Numbered from the stretch's first letter, positions 50,701-63,963 are shown. The stretch: DNA of 64,000 bases from Escherichia coli (GCF_003334405.1 NZ_QOWM01000004.1); one strand, 5' to 3'. The notes: a model not told the origin generated them from the sequence alone. Program-made: numbers and translations.

Positions 50701-51183
50701 TTACTTCTCTATAGCCAATTGTTCGCGCAACTCCATTAAAAGGTAGCCCAGTCGATTCTTGCCCTTACCATGACCACCGTCTCCCCAGTAAGCATCGTTT
50801 TCCGTATGCTCAACCAGTTTTGCGGGCGCGGTTGCCAGCAAGAGCGCACGCAGTTCTGCATGCTGTTCGAATTTAGCGCGAAGTGCTTTTCGCATCACCT
50901 GTTCTTTGACCGACTCCCAGTTTTTACGCAGAGGCTTAGAACGATCGCGCCCCATGCGTGCGGCGACCATAGGGGAAGAAACCCGACGGATCTCTTCGCG
51001 GTATTTTTCATCAAGGAATTTTTGTGCCTGAAAATAGTGTTCTGAGGTGGGCCAGGTTTTCCCGTCAACCTTGATGGGCCAGGCGGCAAAGTTAGAAAAA
51101 TCACCGTAGTCATCGCTGGTGCTGTAGAAATTTATGATGGTGTCTTGCATGACGTGTTGGATCCTTTGTGCTCGAACGGGCAT
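50701..51183 (-). CDS. ybiA: N-glycosidase of the YbiA/DUF1768 family
   Basis: 160-aa ORF; DUF1768/NADAR-like sequence; divergent from dinG. Confidence 0.9.
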   Translation of the reverse strand: MPVRAQRIQHVMQDTIINFYSTSDDYGDFSNFAAWPIKVDGKTWPTSEHYFQAQKFLDEKYREEIRRVSSPMVAARMGRDRSKPLRKNWESVKEQVMRKALRAKFEQHAELRALLLATAPAKLVEHTENDAYWGDGGHGKGKNRLGYLLMELREQLAIEK

Positions 51184-51272
51184 TAAACCGCATTATGTTG
51201 GTGGTTATTGCGAGCCGCTTTCCAGAAACAGAAAAACCATTACCCCTGAAAACCGAAAAATGCCACAATATT

Positions 51273-51288
51273 GGCTGTTTATACAGTA
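51273..51288 (+). promoter_or_regulatory. LexA (SOS) box at the dinG promoter
   Basis: GGCTGTTTATACAGTA containing CTGT-N4-ACAG within a CTGT…ACAG dyad, about 15 bp upstream of the dinG start. Confidence 0.7.
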
Positions 51289-51302
51289 TTTCAGGTTTTC
51301 TC

Positions 51303-53453
51303 ATGGCATTAACCGCCGCGCTTAAAGCGCAAATTGCCGCCTGGTATAAGGCGCTTCAGGAACAGATCCCCGACTTTATTCCCCGTGCGCCGCAGCGGCA
51401 GATGATTGCGGACGTCGCCAAAACGCTGGCCGGAGAAGAAGGGCGACATCTGGCGATTGAAGCCCCCACCGGCGTTGGGAAAACGCTCTCTTATTTGATT
51501 CCCGGCATCGCCATTGCCCGCGAAGAGCAAAAAACGCTGGTGGTGAGTACCGCCAACGTGGCATTGCAGGATCAGATTTACAGCAAAGATTTACCGCTGC
51601 TGAAAAAGATCATTCCCGATCTTAAATTCACTGCCGCTTTTGGGCGTGGGCGCTACGTTTGTCCGCGTAATCTGACGGCGCTCGCCAGTACTGAACCCAC
51701 GCAACAGGATCTGCTGGCGTTTCTTGACGACGAACTGACGCCGAACAATCAGGAAGAGCAAAAACGTTGTGCGAAGCTGAAGGGCGATCTCGATACTTAT
51801 AAATGGGATGGTCTGCGCGATCATACTGATATCGCTATAGATGACGATCTCTGGCGTCGTTTAAGTACCGACAAAGCCAGCTGCCTCAACCGCAATTGTT
51901 ACTACTATCGTGAATGCCCGTTTTTTGTCGCTCGTCGGGAGATTCAGGAAGCGGAAGTGGTGGTGGCAAACCATGCGCTGGTGATGGCGGCGATGGAAAG
52001 CGAAGCGGTATTGCCTGACCCGAAAAATTTACTGCTGGTGCTGGACGAAGGCCATCACCTGCCGGATGTGGCGCGGGATGCGCTTGAGATGAGCGCCGAA
52101 ATCACCGCGCCGTGGTATCGGCTACAGCTGGACTTGTTCACGAAACTGGTCGCTACCTGCATGGAGCAGTTTCGCCCGAAGACCATCCCACCGCTGGCGA
52201 TCCCTGAACGTTTGAATGCGCATTGTGAAGAGTTGTATGAGCTTATCGCCTCGTTAAACAACATTCTCAATCTCTACATGCCTGCCGGGCAGGAGGCAGA
52301 GCACCGTTTTGCGATGGGCGAACTGCCAGATGAAGTGCTGGAGATCTGCCAGCGGCTGGCAAAACTCACCGAGATGCTGCGTGGCCTGGCGGAGTTATTT
52401 CTTAACGATTTAAGTGAGAAAACCGGCAGCCATGACATTGTACGTCTGCATCGGTTGATTTTGCAGATGAACCGCGCGTTGGGGATGTTCGAGGCGCAAA
52501 GCAAACTCTGGCGGCTGGCTTCGCTGGCGCAATCTTCCGGTGCACCGGTGACCAAATGGGCGACGCGGGAAGAGCGCGAAGGGCAGCTACACCTCTGGTT
52601 TCACTGCGTGGGAATACGTGTCAGCGATCAGCTGGAAAGGCTGCTGTGGCGCAGTATTCCGCACATTATTGTCACCTCCGCAACCTTGCGTTCGCTGAAC
52701 AGTTTTTCGCGTTTGCAGGAGATGAGTGGTCTGAAAGAGAAAGCGGGCGACCGTTTTGTGGCGCTGGATTCCCCCTTTAACCACTGCGAACAGGGCAAAA
52801 TTGTTATTCCCCGGATGCGCGTTGAGCCTTCCATCGACAACGAAGAGCAGCATATTGCCGAAATGGCGGCCTTTTTCCGTAAGCAGGTGGAGAGCAAAAA
52901 ACATCTCGGTATGTTGGTACTGTTTGCCAGCGGACGGGCGATGCAGCGCTTTCTCGACTATGTGACGGATTTACGTCTGATGTTGCTGGTTCAGGGCGAT
53001 CAGCCGCGTTACCGTTTAGTTGAACTGCACCGCAAACGCGTCGCCAACGGTGAGCGCAGCGTGCTGGTGGGCTTACAGTCATTTGCCGAAGGGCTTGATT
53101 TGAAAGGTGATCTGCTCAGCCAGGTGCATATCCACAAAATCGCTTTTCCGCCCATCGACAGCCCGGTGGTGATCACCGAAGGGGAATGGCTGAAAAGCCT
53201 CAACCGCTATCCGTTTGAGGTGCAAAGCCTGCCGAGCGCCTCGTTTAACCTGATTCAGCAGGTTGGGCGACTGATTCGAAGCCACGGTTGCTGGGGCGAA
53301 GTGGTTATCTACGACAAACGCTTGCTGACCAAAAATTATGGCAAGCGACTACTGGATGCATTACCGGTATTTCCGATAGAGCAACCGGAAGTCCCTGAAG
53401 GTATAGTTAAAAAGAAAGAAAAAACGAAATCCCCACGCCGTCGGCGGCGTTAA
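51303..53453 (+). CDS. dinG: ATP-dependent 5'-3' DNA helicase with Fe-S cluster (XPD/Rad3-like)
   Basis: 716 aa from the internal ATG (MALTAALKAQIAAWYKALQ); Walker A APTGVGKT, DEGH box (LVLDEGHHL), four-Cys Fe-S insertion (C…CPRN…CLNRNC…C), basic C-terminal tail. Confidence 0.92.
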   Translation: MALTAALKAQIAAWYKALQEQIPDFIPRAPQRQMIADVAKTLAGEEGRHLAIEAPTGVGKTLSYLIPGIAIAREEQKTLVVSTANVALQDQIYSKDLPLLKKIIPDLKFTAAFGRGRYVCPRNLTALASTEPTQQDLLAFLDDELTPNNQEEQKRCAKLKGDLDTYKWDGLRDHTDIAIDDDLWRRLSTDKASCLNRNCYYYRECPFFVARREIQEAEVVVANHALVMAAMESEAVLPDPKNLLLVLDEGHHLPDVARDALEMSAEITAPWYRLQLDLFTKLVATCMEQFRPKTIPPLAIPERLNAHCEELYELIASLNNILNLYMPAGQEAEHRFAMGELPDEVLEICQRLAKLTEMLRGLAELFLNDLSEKTGSHDIVRLHRLILQMNRALGMFEAQSKLWRLASLAQSSGAPVTKWATREEREGQLHLWFHCVGIRVSDQLERLLWRSIPHIIVTSATLRSLNSFSRLQEMSGLKEKAGDRFVALDSPFNHCEQGKIVIPRMRVEPSIDNEEQHIAEMAAFFRKQVESKKHLGMLVLFASGRAMQRFLDYVTDLRLMLLVQGDQPRYRLVELHRKRVANGERSVLVGLQSFAEGLDLKGDLLSQVHIHKIAFPPIDSPVVITEGEWLKSLNRYPFEVQSLPSASFNLIQQVGRLIRSHGCWGEVVIYDKRLLTKNYGKRLLDALPVFPIEQPEVPEGIVKKKEKTKSPRRRRR

Positions 53454-53480
53454 TGATGTGAGTCAGGTAAGGAGTCGTAA

Positions 53481-54443
<963 letters not shown>

Positions 54444-54449
54444 TTCTTT

Positions 54450-54526
<77 letters not shown>

Positions 54527-54571
54527 ACGCCCGGCGTGCAGCATAAAAATACAACAAACACATAACATAAA

Positions 54572-55669
<1,098 letters not shown>

Positions 55670-55675
55670 AAAAAA

Positions 55676-55697
55676 GCCCGTCCAGTGGCGGACGGGC
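55676..55697 (-). terminator. Intrinsic terminator for the minus-strand ybiJ transcript
   Basis: Hairpin GCCCGTCC-agtggcg-GACGGGC with an 8-nt A-run on the plus strand (T-run on the minus strand) immediately beyond it. Confidence 0.6.
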
Positions 55698-55774
55698 AAA
55701 CAAGGGTAACATAGGATCAATGAGGGTTAGAGCATATGCGTCTGTCGGCAAACAGACAGGGAAATACTTGTGCT

Positions 55775-55895
55775 GGACGTAGCGTAAACGCCTGATCCGT
55801 CCAACGGTTCGGATTTTGTAGGCCTGATAAGACGCGGTAGCGTCGCATCAGGCATCTGTTGCCGGATGCGGCGTAAACGCCTTATCCGTCCTACG
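55775..55895. repeat. REP/BIME cluster between hcxB and ybiJ
   Basis: GTAGGCCTGATAAGACGCGGTAGCGTCGCATCAGGCA and TGCCGGATGCGGCGTAAACGCCTTATCCGTCCTAC inverted REP units. Confidence 0.75.
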
Positions 55896-55897
55896 AA

Positions 55898-56158
55898 TTA
55901 CTTATAAATTACCGCAGTACCGCTTAATTTATTGTTGTTGGTGGCGGAAGTGATGCTGTATCCACTGGCACCGGCTGCCGCGGCTTTCTCAGCCAGTTTC
56001 GCTTCCAGGGCATCGAGGGTGGATGCGCCATCGGCAGAAACCACGCCGATTTTATTCATGTTCTGTGCCTGGGATGCCGTTACCGGTTCCGCCGCGAACA
56101 CGCCAAATGACAGAGTTGAAAGAGCCATAGCAGCAACAACAGTATTGATAGTTTTCAT
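55898..56158 (-). CDS. ybiJ: Small periplasmic DUF1471 (YhcN-family) protein
   Basis: 86-aa ORF; signal peptide (MKTINTVVAAMALSTLSFGVFA); C-terminal GTAVIYK motif shared with mcbA. Confidence 0.88.
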   Translation of the reverse strand: MKTINTVVAAMALSTLSFGVFAAEPVTASQAQNMNKIGVVSADGASTLDALEAKLAEKAAAAGASGYSITSATNNNKLSGTAVIYK

Positions 56159-56422
56159 AATTAATCTCTCGCAGGTGATTTTTGTATAAGTGACGTTGTT
56201 TCGTCGATGTGATGAGTATCACGTTTTTTTACGAGAGATAAAATCGAAGAGAATTGACCGCCTTGTTCAAATAAATTGATTGATATCTAACCTACTGATA
56301 AACCATTTATTTGTTGTACTTATGAACTTGTTTTATACCGCGTGGCAGTCACAGCAGCGTTAAAGGCACGGAATGACACGCAAAATACAAATTATACTCG
56401 CTATGCATCTCGCCAGTTGTAG

Positions 56423-56689
56423 TTAACGTAACTGGCTGTCTTTCGAACCTCTGCGATTATATCCTGTATAAGCTGGTTTTTGTAAATCTTTCTCCTGCTG
56501 ACAATGAATACATAAGCGCACGCCAGGAATGGCTTCCCGACGGGCCTGCGGGATGGGGGCACCGCACTCTTCACATTCATCCAGGCTTTCGCCGCGCGGA
56601 ATTTCACCCCGAGCGCGGGCAATCGCATCTTCAATTGTACTGTTGATCTGTTCGTTGACGGCGTCATCGTTAGCCCAACCGGATGCCAT
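56423..56689 (-). CDS. ybiI: DksA/TraR-type C4 zinc-finger protein
   Basis: 88-aa ORF; CxxC-N17-CxxC zinc finger (CEECGAPIP…CIHCQ) preceded by an acidic helical region. Confidence 0.88.
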   Translation of the reverse strand: MASGWANDDAVNEQINSTIEDAIARARGEIPRGESLDECEECGAPIPQARREAIPGVRLCIHCQQEKDLQKPAYTGYNRRGSKDSQLR

Positions 56690-56762
56690 ATCGACCTCCC
56701 CATATCAATACTTGTACAGTTAAGTGTAGCTAATCCAGGGACGAACTCGGGCAGTTCAAGCA

Positions 56763-57440
56763 TCAGATCTCCGACCATTCCCGCAGCAGATTATGATAAA
56801 GATTAAGCAGCGACAGGATCTCTTCACTTTCGCCGTAGCGGCTTTTCAGCGACTGAATATTGTTGTCCAGTTCAAACAGCATGGCGCGCTTTTTATCATC
56901 GCGGATCATCGACTGGATCCACATAAATGATGCCACTCGTACGCCGCGGGTTACGGGTGTCACGCAATGCAGGCTGCTGGAGGGATACAACACGAGATCG
57001 CCTGCCGGGAGTTTTACCCGATGTTGTCCGAAGGTGTCATTAACGACCAGTTCGCCGCCGTCGTAGCTTTGTGGATCGCTTAAAAACAGCGTGGCAGAAA
57101 GGTCAGTACGCATCCAGCCGTTTTGTGGATGGCTGCGTACTGCGCCATCCACATGGAAACCATAGGTTTCATTGTTCTGATAGCGATTAAACAGCGGCGT
57201 GGAAAGGGTACGCGGCAAGGCCGCGGCAAAGAATAAAGCATGTTGGTTAACCGCGTTCAGCACCTCATTTTGCAGGGCGGCGTATAACGTGCTGCGGGTG
57301 TCGACCTGTTGATTGTTCTTAACTTGCGCACCTTGTGCGCCGGTGGTGACGCGTCCATCCACCCATTCGGCTTGTTCCAGTTGTTCGCGAAAACGAGCGA
57401 CGTCCTGTGGCGATAACACGCCGGGAATGTGGTACATCAT
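56763..57440 (-). CDS. ybiX: PKHD-type Fe(II)/2-oxoglutarate-dependent hydroxylase
   Basis: 225 aa from the internal ATG pair (MMYHIPG); HxD…H iron-binding pattern (HVDG…H); 41 bp downstream of fiu on the same strand. Confidence 0.85.
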
Positions 57441-57481
57441 ACAATTTCTCCAAAAAGTGGGGCCTGCGCCCCACATCTGAA

Positions 57482-59764
57482 TCAGAAATGCATATTGGCT
57501 GTGAGCAAGAAGGTTCTTGGCTCGCCCGGGTGATAACGGTAGCCGCTCTTGTTGATTGAGGCGACGTAATCGGTATCAAACAGGTTGTAAACGTTTAGCT
57601 GGAAGTCGAGATTGCGATTAACTCGATACCCCAGTTTGGCATCGGCGACCCAGTAACCTTCGGTAAACGCTGGCGTTCCCACCGCGCCGTCTGAACCTTT
57701 ATGCATACTGCCGATATAGCGTGCGCCCGCGCCAACAGAGATATCGTCGGTTGCCTGATATTGGCTCCATAAGGTGAAGGCGTGCTCCGGGGTATACGGC
57801 AGCGATGAGGAACCATCCTGGGCAACATCTTTGCCGTTTTTGATGGTTGCTTTTTGCTGGGTATAGCCGCCAATCACCTGCCACGCGGGAGTGATATTCC
57901 CGGCCACGGATATCTCATAGCCTTCGACGCGTTTCTTACCGTATTGCGAGTAAGTTCCGTCATCATTTTGCTCAACTTCATTTTCGATATCAGTGCGGAA
58001 CAGCGCGGCGGTGAGCAACAGACGTTTATCCAGAACCTGCCATTTGGTGCCAATCTCGCTGGTGTTGGCTTTTTGCGGTTTAAAATCGGTGCGGTTGGCA
58101 CTGTTACCGCTGCCAGACTGCGCAAGGGCGAAGTTGTTGCCGCCCGGAGGCTGCTGGGAAACGGCATAGTTAATATAGACATTGCCGTTTTCCGTCAGGT
58201 GATACAGCGCCCCGGCTTTCCAGTTCATCAGATTGCCCGACTTGGCGGTGTCGACGGTGGTGACCGGAGAACCTTTTGCCACACCAGTTGGGCAGGTGAT
58301 GGCACCGCGTCCGCTGCCGCCGCAGGCGGTGGCACTGTCATATTCAGTATGATAATTATCCAGACGGATCCCGCCGTTCAGCTCAAAATCACGGGTGATT
58401 TGCAGCGTATCAAAGGCGTAAATTGCGAAGGTATCCGTCTGACCATTGGCGTTTGCGCCGTTGCGCGTCAGGCCGCCGGGATGAATGCTGCTGTCAGGAT
58501 GATAAATATTTACCGCGGGTAACGTCACCGGATTAACGCCGTAGTTAGTCTGCGTTTCACGGGTAAATTCCACGCCGGTACTGACATCATGACCGATAGA
58601 ACCGGTATAGAACGTCGAGGTCAGGTTGGTCTGGTTGGTGAGAATTTTATTACTCACATCTTTGGTATTCGCCGTGCGTGACCAGGTCCAGCTATTCACA
58701 TCGCTGGTGGGCTGAGTAATATTCGACGCCCCGCCCATAATCGCCGTCATCAGGTAATCCTGCTTTACGCGCGACCAACGGGTAGTATTGCGAATGGTGG
58801 TGTTATCGTTGATGTCGTGCTCAAAACGCATGGTGGCGGTGTCGGTGGTCGAATCGTCGTAATCGGAATCCGTGCCGTAAAAGTTATGAGTATCAACTTT
58901 TCCGGAATGATTCAGGGCCGCCGTTCCCGCAGATGGGGCAGAATAGCCCGGCAAACCGATGGTCGGAATGCCGCCGTCTGGCGTGTTGTGCTGGGTGACA
59001 TGCAGATAATTAAGATACAAACGATTCGCTGTACCAAGGCCAAAAGCGACAGAAGGGGCGACGCCGTAACGCTCATTTTTGACTTTGTCGCGTCCGGCAT
59101 CGTGCGTTTTTTCGCCCATTACATTCAGGCGCACCGCGGTGGTATCACCAATGACCTGATTGACGTCCAGCGTGCCGCGGCGGAACCAGGCGCTGCCAAT
59201 ACTGGCGGAGGCGTCAATGCCGGAATCATTGCGCGGCTGCTTGCTGATCATATTGATCGAGCCTGTCGGTGCGCTGCGCCCGTAGTCGGTGCCGGACGGC
59301 CCTTTAATCACTTCGACCTGCTCGGTATTGAAGGTGTCGCGCGAGACGCTGCCGATATCGCGAATGCCATCAATATAAATACTGTTAGAGGTATCGGCAC
59401 CACGCATATAAATGGCGTCGCCAGTGGTGGAGTTACCGTTCTCACCCGCAAAAAACGCACCCACGCCGGGGACGTTTTTGAGCGCGTCGGTAAGGTTGGT
59501 TGCGCCCTGATCTTTAATCACTTGTTCAGAAATTACCGTCATCGTGCGGGTAGTATCCGCTACCGGACGCGAGAATTTCGGATCGGCAGATTGTTGTGGC
59601 GCATAAAGCGAAGGCGTTGATGCTTCGACAACCAGCGTGTCATCCGCGTTAGTTTGCCCTTCGGCGGCGAGTGCCTGAGCCACAGGCGTGATGCCAATAC
59701 AAAGACCGGCAAAGAACGTGAGCGAATGAAATTGTCTGGCAGGGAAATTGCGATTGTTTTCCAT
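57482..59764 (-). CDS. fiu: TonB-dependent outer-membrane receptor for catecholate siderophores
   Basis: 760-aa ORF; signal peptide, plug domain, 22-strand beta-barrel ending in aromatic residue (…LLTANMHF). Confidence 0.95.
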
Positions 59765-59874
59765 TTTGCAGGTGACTTTTTCTTATATGTTGAAATTTTC
59801 ACTGCCACGAGAAAGCCTCTCTGCGGATGCGATGCCACTGTTAATCCCGTGATAGTGCTCGTGAAAGTGATAAT

Positions 59875-59893
59875 AATTTTGATAAGCATTATC
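59875..59893 (-). promoter_or_regulatory. Fur box in the fiu promoter
   Basis: AATTTTGATAAGCATTATC; the last 13 nt match the Fur consensus GATAATCATTATC with one mismatch; about 110-130 bp upstream of the fiu start. Confidence 0.6.
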
Positions 59894-60028
59894 ACTTGGA
59901 GCGATTTTCTATCACCCATTGCGCGAAAAAGAAATACATTTATTTACATTGAGTTCATATTTGATGTTTTTTGATTACAAAACAGACGAAAACTGCATCC
60001 AGAGGCGAATGCAGTTACGTTGGTGGGG

Positions 60029-60289
60029 TTATTTGTAGATGGTTGCAGTACCGAACATCTGGTCATTTCCGCCTGCGGAATTAATGACATAACCTTTCGC
60101 GCCTTGTTCGCGCGCTTTTTCTGCCAGTTTATCCTCCAGATCGCTTAGGTTTGATGCGCCAGTTGCCGAAACGGTACCGGCGGGCCGTAGCTGACCGCTG
60201 TCCAGGTTACTCATCGGTTGCGCGGCATAAGCCGTGAGAGAGATTCCGCTCAGGACGGTGGCAATCAGTAGTGTGAGGCACTTTTTCAT
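60029..60289 (-). CDS. mcbA: Small periplasmic DUF1471 (YhcN-family) protein McbA
   Basis: 86 aa from the internal ATG (MKKCLTLLIATVLSGISLTAYA signal peptide) with a GAGGATG RBS; C-terminal GTATIYK; paralogue of ybiJ. Confidence 0.85.
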   Translation of the reverse strand: MKKCLTLLIATVLSGISLTAYAAQPMSNLDSGQLRPAGTVSATGASNLSDLEDKLAEKAREQGAKGYVINSAGGNDQMFGTATIYK

Positions 60290-60564
60290 AATGACATCCT
60301 CATAAATACAACGGGTAGTGCCTGATAAGTGTAGGTCGCCTGCGCGATGCAAATGACGCAAAAAATTGACAGAGATGTGCTTATTTTTTGAACGATATAT
60401 TTTTACAAAATAAGACAAATCAATGACATGCATAATGCTGATTTTTATGATGAATTGCCATAAACCATAGCCATGTTAAGGTTTTGGGGAATGATAAACG
60501 CAGCCAGATATTTACCCTGTCGCGTTATGCGGGTATCTTACGCCGCTGCTTAAAGGAGAATGCT

Positions 60565-61491
60565 ATGTCCGCCCAGAAACCGGGGTTGCATCCGCGCAAC
60601 CGTCATCACAGCCGCTACGATCTCGCCACGCTTTGTCAGGTCAATCCTGAACTCAGGCAATTCCTCACGCTTACACCCGCCGGGGAGCAAAGCGTAGACT
60701 TTGCCAATCCGCTGGCGGTGAAGGCGCTCAATAAGGCGTTGCTGGCCCATTTTTACGCCGTAGCGAACTGGGATATCCCCGACGGTTTTCTCTGCCCACC
60801 AGTACCGGGCCGGGCGGATTATATTCATCACCTTGCCGATTTACTGGCAGAAGCAAGCGGAACAATTCCAGCGAATGCCAGCATTCTGGATATCGGCGTT
60901 GGTGCGAACTGTATTTATCCGCTGATTGGCGTACATGAATATGGCTGGCGTTTTACCGGTAGTGAAACCAGCAGCCAGGCGTTAAGCAGTGCGCAGGCGA
61001 TTATCAGTTCTAATCCGGGGCTTAACCGCGCCATTCGTCTGCGTCGGCAAAAAGAGAGTGGGGCGATTTTTAACGGCATCATCCATAAAAACGAGCAATA
61101 CGACGCGACCTTGTGTAACCCGCCATTCCACGATTCCGCCGCTGCGGCACGGGCAGGTAGTGAGCGTAAACGCCGTAACCTGGGGCTGAACAAAGACGAT
61201 GCACTGAACTTTGGCGGCCAGCAACAGGAGTTGTGGTGTGAAGGCGGTGAAGTCACCTTTATCAAAAAGATGATTGAAGAGAGCAAAGGCTTCGCGAAGC
61301 AGGTGATGTGGTTTACATCACTGGTATCTCGTGGTGAAAACTTACCGCCGTTGTATCGTGCCCTGACGGACGTGGGCGCGGTGAAGGTGGTTAAAAAAGA
61401 GATGGCCCAGGGGCAAAAGCAGAGTCGCTTTATTGCCTGGACCTTTATGAACGACGAGCAGCGCCGCCGTTTTGTCAATCGCCAGCGTTAA
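60565..61491 (+). CDS. rlmF: 23S rRNA (adenine-N6)-methyltransferase RlmF
   Basis: 308 aa from the internal ATG with AAAGGAG RBS; SAM motif I ([15 protein letters not shown]) and N6-adenine methyltransferase motif IV NPPF. Confidence 0.9.
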
Positions 61492-63713
61492 AGCGTTGGT
61501 TCCCCCGGCGGTAACGGTTCAGCCGGGGTCGCGCCCGGAGCAGGCAGCACCTGATAAGTCTGCACTGGCGCGCGAACGCCCGCCAGGTCGAAATGTTTTT
61601 TCACCTGGCTGTCGAGGGCAAAGCGTACCGTCCACTGTTTGAGTGGCAGCGTGGTGAACGAAACACGCAGTGTAAACGCGGTATTGCTTAAGCCGACAAT
61701 CCCGGCAAAATTCGGTTCACCAATAATCAGCCCGCGAATTTCTTCGTTTTCCATTAATTCCGCTACCGCATCTTTCAGTGCCTGATTGGCTTTATCAGCA
61801 TCTTCATGGCGATCAACATCATAATTTGCCACCACCGAACCAATGCCGCGGACAAAGTTAGCAAAGGTGGTTATCGAAGACCACGGAATGATGTGATACG
61901 CCCCGGTATCCTGTCGTACGCCCACGGAGCGAATCGACATCCGTTCCACTGTGCCGGTCAACGGCCCGATAGTCACCAAATCTCCAGTGTTCATGCCGTT
62001 TTCAAACTGAATAAATACCCCGGTGATAATATCTTTCACCAGCGTTTGCGAACCAAACGAGATAGCCAGACCTAATGCCCCGGCACCTGCCAGCAATGGC
62101 GCGATATTGACGCCGATTTCCGACAACACAATCATGATGGTGATGGTACTGATAATCACCGCCAGCGCGTTACGAAACAGCGTAAGCAGGGTACGCGTGC
62201 GGGCGCTGGGTAGCGGGCGGCCATGAATATCCGAAGCCAGCCGGTTTTCGATCAAACTGGCGAGCACCGTCCAGCCAACCGCCGAGAAGAAAAGAATGAG
62301 TGCGATACGGATCAGGATATCTACGGTTTTCTGCCCCGCGCCGTTTTGCAGCCAGTTCCAGAAATCGAACAATCCCCATGCGCTCAACAGCAACATTACC
62401 GCCACGCAGACTGTCAGAATACGCGCCGTTTTCAGCGCCGCCGACAGCCAGCCATTCAACCGTTTTTGCAGCTCCGGATAGTTACGCTGAGTATGTGGCG
62501 AGAGAGTGATGGTTTTCGCCAGCCAGCGGGAAAACATACCGGAAACAAACGCTGCGATACCAATAATCGCCAGGCTGCGCACCGTTGCACCCATCATAAA
62601 TTTCAGGCTGTTGCCCGGATCGAACAACGAAAAGAAAAACAGCACGATAAAATAGGCGCTTGCCAGCCAGTGCCACACCAGCGCAAAGGCGCGGATAAAC
62701 AGGCTGAAAAAGGCCAGCGAATGCTCCGCGAAGTTGAGCAAATGCTGGGTAATCTCTTTTTTATTACGAAAGATCAGGTACAACGCCCAGACGGTCATGC
62801 ACAGCATAATGATGACGTTCGCCAGCGCACCTATCTGTACATTCACCTGATTAGAGATAATCGGCACGGCCACAATCAGGCCATAACCTATCAAACTGCT
62901 TAACCAGCTCAGGCGACGACTCCAGTAACGGGCGCTCTCGTCCTGAATCGTGAACGGGCGCAGCTCCGCCACGTTTGGGCAAAAAATCAGGCGTAGTACG
63001 GCTTTGAAAAATTCAATGAGGGCAAAGGCGTTGAGAAACAAACTTTGTTGGAAAGCGATGGTGCGACTGCCTGCATTCAGGTTGTCGCTTAATACCTGGC
63101 CGACAAATAATGTCAGGGCCAGTAACAGCAGGTCGATAATAAACGCCCCGATAATCATCGCCGGAAGCTGCAACCAGTTGCTGCGCTCACGATTTTTTTG
63201 CCGCGCCCACTGACCCATTTTGCGATACAGCGGCAGTGCGCACAGGCGAATCAGCCAGTAAAAACCAAACACTAATACCGCTAACATTGAAAAATGGGTC
63301 AGCGCATTGCTGAAGGTTTGTGGATTAAACGGCTTATGCGGGGAGCCGGTGATATTGCGATAAAGTTGCCCGAAGCGGGCGGAAAGGGCTTCACCATAAT
63401 GGCGGCTGACTTCGGTGACCTTTTGCAGCACGGTTTGCTCTTCGACCAGCGTCGGCGGCACTATTTTTGGTACCGGTTCAGCAGGGGGCGTAGCGGCAAC
63501 GGTGCGCAACTGGTCGATCAACTCTTTACGCGAGGTGTCATTATCCAGCACATCCGCCAGTGCGCCATAGGCCGCTTTTTTTTGTTCGATATCCGGTTCC
63601 GGGGCCGGTTCAGTCGTTGAGTCCGTTGTCGTTGTGGTTGTAACGCCGGGTATGGATACCGCGTGGGCAGGTGCGCCCAGCAGGCAGAAGAGGATGAACA
63701 GGATCCACCGCAT
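61488..63713 (-). CDS. ybiO: MscS-family mechanosensitive channel with extended N-terminal periplasmic and multi-TM region
   Basis: 741 aa from the internal ATG ([18 protein letters not shown] signal peptide) with a GGAGGAG RBS; Thr-rich low-complexity stretch after the signal peptide; C-terminal MscS channel domain. Confidence 0.88.
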
Positions 63714-63862
63714 GACTCCTCCAGTGAGAAAATAGAGCAAAAAGATAAGTATAGATGCTGGAGGAGGGGCGATTTTAAATGAGAGGAATCTGGTGTGCCT
63801 CCCTTTCGGGTGAAAGGGAGGAAGGGATATTAAGCAGGTTGCTGACAACGTGCGGGCTTTTT

Positions 63863-63963
63863 TGCCGGATGCGGCGTGAACGCCTTATCCGTCCTACAAG
63901 TTCATGCAATTTTAATAAGTTGCCAGATATCCTGTAGGCCTGATAAGCGTAGCGCATCAGGCA
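63863..63963. repeat. REP/BIME element upstream of ybiO
   Basis: TGCCGGATGCGGCGTGAACGCCTTATCCGTCCTAC ... A/T-rich spacer ... GTAGGCCTGATAAGCGTAGCGCATCAGGCA. Confidence 0.75.

Noticed and set aside
57441-57481. Hairpin GTGGGGC-ctgc-GCCCCAC between fiu and ybiX as a terminator
   Set aside because: No T-run follows on the minus strand and ybiX starts 41 bp after fiu, so read-through co-transcription is more likely; noted only as a possible attenuating structure.
57854-59620. Two plus-strand ORFs (222 and 267 aa) antisense to fiu
   Set aside because: Both Gly/Arg/Ala-rich as expected from reverse-reading a beta-barrel gene; no RBS; fiu itself is full length and intact.
62223-62903. 226-aa plus-strand ORF antisense to ybiO
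   Set aside because: Embedded antisense ORF rich in Arg/Gln/His, without start signals.
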